A stretch of DNA of 64,000 bases from Amoebidium appalachense (taxonomy: Eukaryota; Protista; Ichthyosporea), in assembly GCA_963693365.1 (NCBI GenBank), contig CAVNZM010000007.1:62001-126000 (forward strand), in the 5' to 3' direction. Made by a program: the position numbers and the translations under genes. The notes below the pieces were generated by a model. That model was not told the DNA's origin. It searched no databases and saw only the letters and a list, made by a program, of their open reading frames with translations. Below, piece after piece: positions 40,646 to 64,000 of the stretch. How positions within the stretch are numbered: position 1 is the stretch's first letter; each line of letters starts with the position of its first letter.

Positions 40646-42011
40646 GGTCCCTCTTTGTGCAAACACTATGCTATCTATGACTTAGTTTATGAAGGGTGCC
40701 GGCACCTGTATGTATGTGGACGGAAGAACCAAAAAATAAAGCCACTTAAGCAACCTGCTGCCAGTATATGTCTATTTGGTCACTTTCAATAACAGAACTA
40801 GAGTAAATTGTTGTAGAAATCGGGCGAACATTCAAACAACAAAAAACACACAAATTTACAAGAAAGTGGTGGGCCACTGGTGGCTTGTCAACTTGTCAAG
40901 TGGGGCCATGCCCAGAGTTTGTGAGTCGTGACTGTCACTGAAACTTAATCGTGATACTACACCAATGAAAGAGGCATTTGGCACGGTTCTTGAATCTTGA
41001 TTACATGCATTGTCAATTTGTCATTCAAAGTACATATAATGGAGGGGTTTCCTCATCATTAGAAAAACGACCATACGAGATGGTTTGTGGATTTTGCAAA
41101 TAAATAATCGTGGTTAAATATGCTTTACCAAAGTCCCAAGTGCTGAGAATTTTTCCAGTATTTGATAGTCGAAGGAATGGAACTTGAAGGAGCCCACCAA
41201 TCACATCGGATGAGGGAGGTATTGATGAGTCGACGCCGGTATCAACAGTCAGTTAGGTCACCTTAGTTGTAGCATTTGCGCACTTGTAGACATTTGAGCA
41301 CGAGTACGACACTAAAGAATGTGTCTGAAGGTAGGCAAAAAGCAGCTGCAGGTCAAGCTGTAACGAGCTTTGGATGCTTTTATTTTGGATCTTGTATACT
41401 AAATTCATAAAGGCGATTTGGTTTATCGGCCCGGGTTTGCGGGCCATGGCATTCCAAGTACCGGCCAATCGGCTTCAAAGCTCTTTTGATGGCCAACCAA
41501 CGATGGCCTTAGCACAATGTTCCATCCAATCATTGCTTTGCTTTGAAACGATCTTTGATCCCCCAAGATCGTTCTCTTTAGGCCGTGAGCTACCGACTCC
41601 AAGAAAGAAAAATCTGACGTGCTTGCGACGTACATCTGCAGGCGCATCAGAAGTCTCGCTTACTAAACACGCACTTATGAATCATTTCTTTGCTGCCTGC
41701 TGCATGACAGTAATGTGATGTGGCCATCTTGTTGTTGGCGCTGTTACTTCATTGGCAGCCGGCCTACGTGACGGCGTAACACGGGGGCAGATATGGAAAT
41801 TTTAAAGTTATAATAAATAAATAAAAAATTGAACTCCTCTATATTAGATCTGGCACTGGCAGTGGCACTGCCTGGGTCATCGATGACTCATCGATCCTGG
41901 AAGGCTTGCCAAAGTTTGTTGTGTGTGCACGTGTGTACATGTGTGTGGACACGTCACGGTGACTCGGGGAGGTTCGAATTCGGAGCCTCAAAGTGAGAGA
42001 TAGTGATCAAT

Positions 42012-42480
<469 letters not shown>

Positions 42481-42563
42481 GGGGAGGTGTGTAATACTAT
42501 CTATGTGCGTGCAACATGTTATGCGTGTGTGGGAGAGGGCCTGGGGGTCCGAAGGGGCGGCGG

Positions 42564-42626
<63 letters not shown>

Positions 42627-43408
42627 CGGCGGTGACAGGGGGGCGGGGGGCAGTGTTGCACCGACTTGACTCTGAGTCGTCAGTCGTAGTCGCTGAAATG
42701 GTATAGTCATATAGTCGTAGTCGAGTCGCTGAGGGTGCAAGGTACGACTATAGGCCCCACGACTTTGGGTGGGTGGGGAGGGGGGGGGGGGGGGAGGGGG
42801 GGGGGGCCGGCGGGTGGGGGGGGGGGGGGGGGGGGGGAGGGCGGGGGGGGGGGGGCATGCTCATGTGCACAAGTGGGCAATGAAATCCTCATTATGCTCC
42901 GTGTTATATATCCCTTGAGGTGGGCCCCAACGAGGCTGAGCGATATATATTAGCACGCCCACACAGGCATCGATATCCATACGAACACTAGTTTTATTAA
43001 TTAGTGCACCGCGCCAACGGTATGCTTTCATATGTCTGGTAGGTCTTCAACCACACACGTTTGGGCGTTACAGTCATGGAATGCATGTGTGCAGAACTCA
43101 CCCCAGCATGAACACTCGCCGGTAGCATGCAGCTTGCATGCAAGCAGCAGATAAGCAACTCTAATGCTTTCCAGAATTAATGTCCGAATATTCACAGGAG
43201 GCGTCATTGGCCCATCATGTACATGGCGCCCACACCGTGGGTGTATCCTTAGCATGTGCAAATGAAAGTAAAGAGACCACGGTCTACATTGCAGTGAAAA
43301 TGGTGAAGCCGTAGCCTGTGCATGTTGTCAGCTGGGTCAGGAGGCAGACTGTCGAGAACCGACAACAACTGCATTTGATACTCATCAAAAATCGGCAGAT
43401 TTCTGGGT

Positions 43409-43973
43409 GAATACTGGACGCATGCACAGCTGCAGCTGTAGTCTGTGGGCCCGCGGCCACCCCCCCTCCCCCCCCCCCCCCCCCCCAACCTCCCTCTCCC
43501 CCCTCCCCCCCCCCCTGGAGGGGGCCCCCAAATCCCCCCTCCCGGCCCCCCCCTCCCCCCCCCTTCCCTGCCAATGTATGTGAGGGTGATGGGGAGGGAT
43601 TCCTTGAATACTAGACGCATGCACAGCTGCAGCTGTAGTCTGTGGGCCCGCGGCCACCCCCCCCCCCCCCCCCCACCTCCCTCTCCCCCCCCCCCTTGAG
43701 GGGGCCCCCAAATCCCCCTCCCGGCCCCCCCCCCTCCCCCCCCCTTCCCTGCCAATGTATGTGAGGGTGATGGGGAGGGATTCCTTGAATACTAGACGCA
43801 TGCACAGCTGCAGCTGTAGTCTGTGGGCCCGCGGCCACCCCCCCCCCCCCCCCCACCTCCCTCTCCCCCCCCCCCCTTGAGGGGGCCCCCAAATCCCCCT
43901 CCCGGCCCCCCCCTCCCCCCCCCCACCCTTCCCTGCCAATGTATGTGAGGGTGATGGGGAGGGATTCCTTGAA
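43409..43973. repeat. ~180-197-bp tandem repeat x3 with variable internal poly-C
   Basis: GAATACT(A/G)GACGCATGCACAGCTGCAGCTGTAGTCTGTGGGCCCGCGGCCAC...GCCAATGTATGTGAGGGTGATGGGGAGGGATTCCTT starting at 43409, 43606 and 43787. Confidence 0.93.
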
Positions 43974-44457
43974 GGGGGGGGGGGGGGGGGGGGGAGGGGG
44001 GGGGGGCAAATATGTGTGTCAGGTAGCCCATGCACCGTTCATGGTAGAACATACGTATCGGCTGTATTTATCTGTGAGCCTGACCCAGTGGCTCTTATGT
44101 CATCGATATAAAAAGTGATGTGGAAAAGAAAAAGGGAAAAAATAAAAACAAAATAAAAACAAAAATATGAGAGCACATTACATCGAATAACCTCTGGTAG
44201 CGTGCATATGACCTATATTTATAAACAATCATGCACCCCTATTTGCCACGTGGCGTATAACTGTGTGTGCACGTGTGTGTGCATGTACATGTCAACATGC
44301 ACCTATACAGCCACTCAACCCCAATCAATCCTAAACCCGTGTGCCAGCACACGTGCATACCCCCAGGCCCCCCCCCCCCCCCCCCCCCCCCGGGCTCCGT
44401 CAACACTATACAACCCCCCCCCCCCCACCTCCCCCCGTCAACAATTCCTGACACCCC

Positions 44458-59250
<14,793 letters not shown>

Positions 59251-59715
59251 GTTGCCTAAACGTCAGGCCCCACTGGCCACCCACTTAGAAAATGCTTGGC
59301 AGATAACTAACCTACAGACAACGTGCGTAAAATTCTAAAGGGAAAGCGACTACACGCCCAGAACAAGAGAGGAGAGAGAGAATAGGTAGAACAATAAAAC
59401 TTCAGTTGTGTGCGGCGAGTGTTTGATAACTTTGCACTCGTGTGCCTGTGTGCATTCTGGCGGGAAAATGGCGCTAAAGCAGCTATAAATAGACGCCTTC
59501 TGATTTGCTGCAAAGAGGTAGGGCGGGCTAGATCGAGTATCTTGAAAAAATAAAGGGGCTTTTTGATTAGATATTTATCAGCCCATAGACGCTCCACCTA
59601 TGTTCCTGATTACGTGAAAGACCGCGGCCGCGGTCGCAGGCTCTCCACAGATTAGCTGTGTAACAAAAATCATTGATGTATCATGACAGGCCATTTTTTG
59701 TCATTCGGTAGAAAC
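59251..59715. promoter_or_regulatory. Probable bidirectional promoter and 5' UTR region between SPT16 and the divergent ARM-like locus
   Basis: Head-to-head ATGs about 470 bp apart, free of microsatellites; contains AAAATGGCG (~59465) and CTATAAATAG (~59483). Motif function not demonstrated. Confidence 0.5.
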
Positions 59716-63481
<3,766 letters not shown>

Positions 63482-64000
63482 GTACTCTTTGCATCTGTGT
63501 TGCAGCACACACTGCAGCAATAAAAGCTACGCCACCGTGTTTTTGTGTGCTGGTTTGCATGCACACATAGTAAATGTTCCTTACCTTCCCCTGGATGCCT
63601 ATTAGGAAGGGCGATAATAGGGCAGTGATCTCTTGTGCTGATGTGTGGTGGGTCGCCTTTTCCCTTTTGCGGTTGCAAATGGACCAGGACACCCTATGCA
63701 TGTCTTTGTCCCCTGTTCCTTTTCCTGTTTCCACTTGTCCCCCCCCCCCTCCCTCCCCCCCCCCCCCCCCTCCCTCCCCCCCCCCCCTACAACCTTCCAA
63801 CTCCCAAACACCCCTAACCGCCCGTCCCATCCCAAAACTCGGGTGCTGTGAATGACTCCCCTCCCCCCCCCCCCCCCCCCCCCCCCCCTTCTCCCCCCCC
63901 CTCCCAGCCCCGAGAATGGGCTGTGTTTATTACGCTTACCCTTAATTTGTGGGTTGCACTCTGCATCGTAGTATCCACTATAAATGTATACTTCGTTATC

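Noticed and set aside
41850-41995. tRNA or tRNA-derived SINE (GGTTCGAATTC B-box-like motif at ~41971)
   Set aside because: No cloverleaf and no properly spaced A box; a single motif is not enough.
43028-43400. Minus-strand coding fragments next to the 185-bp tandem
   Set aside because: Short, frame-broken and unrecognised; cannot be supported without a search.

Overview
Intron-rich eukaryotic nuclear DNA. COPB1 and SPT16 look animal-like, so a unicellular holozoan such as an ichthyosporean is plausible, but this is inference only. Most entries in the ORF track are artefacts of poly-G/poly-C, (CA)n and minisatellites. By hand-splicing GT-AG exons I reconstructed beta-COP/COPB1 (+, 21 exons), SPT16 (-, 25 exons), an alpha-arrestin with a PPxY motif (-, 8 exons), a FAM210/DUF1279 gene (+, 4 exons) and an orphan gene with a divergent RanBD/PH-like domain (+). 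Two loci are disrupted: an intronless F-box/LRR and an ARM-like gene head-to-head with SPT16. The most notable signal is a ~350-450 nt dispersed element found four times, always intronic, always host-sense and always ending in ...TCAA(A)+poly-C. Its long stem is preserved by compensatory and G-U changes, and one copy is bounded exactly by GTAAG...CCCAG. Also notable are a 141-nt pre-miRNA-like hairpin in SPT16 intron 2 and a tendency for G/(GT)n near donors with C/(CA)n near acceptors. All exon boundaries and folds are manual and unverified.
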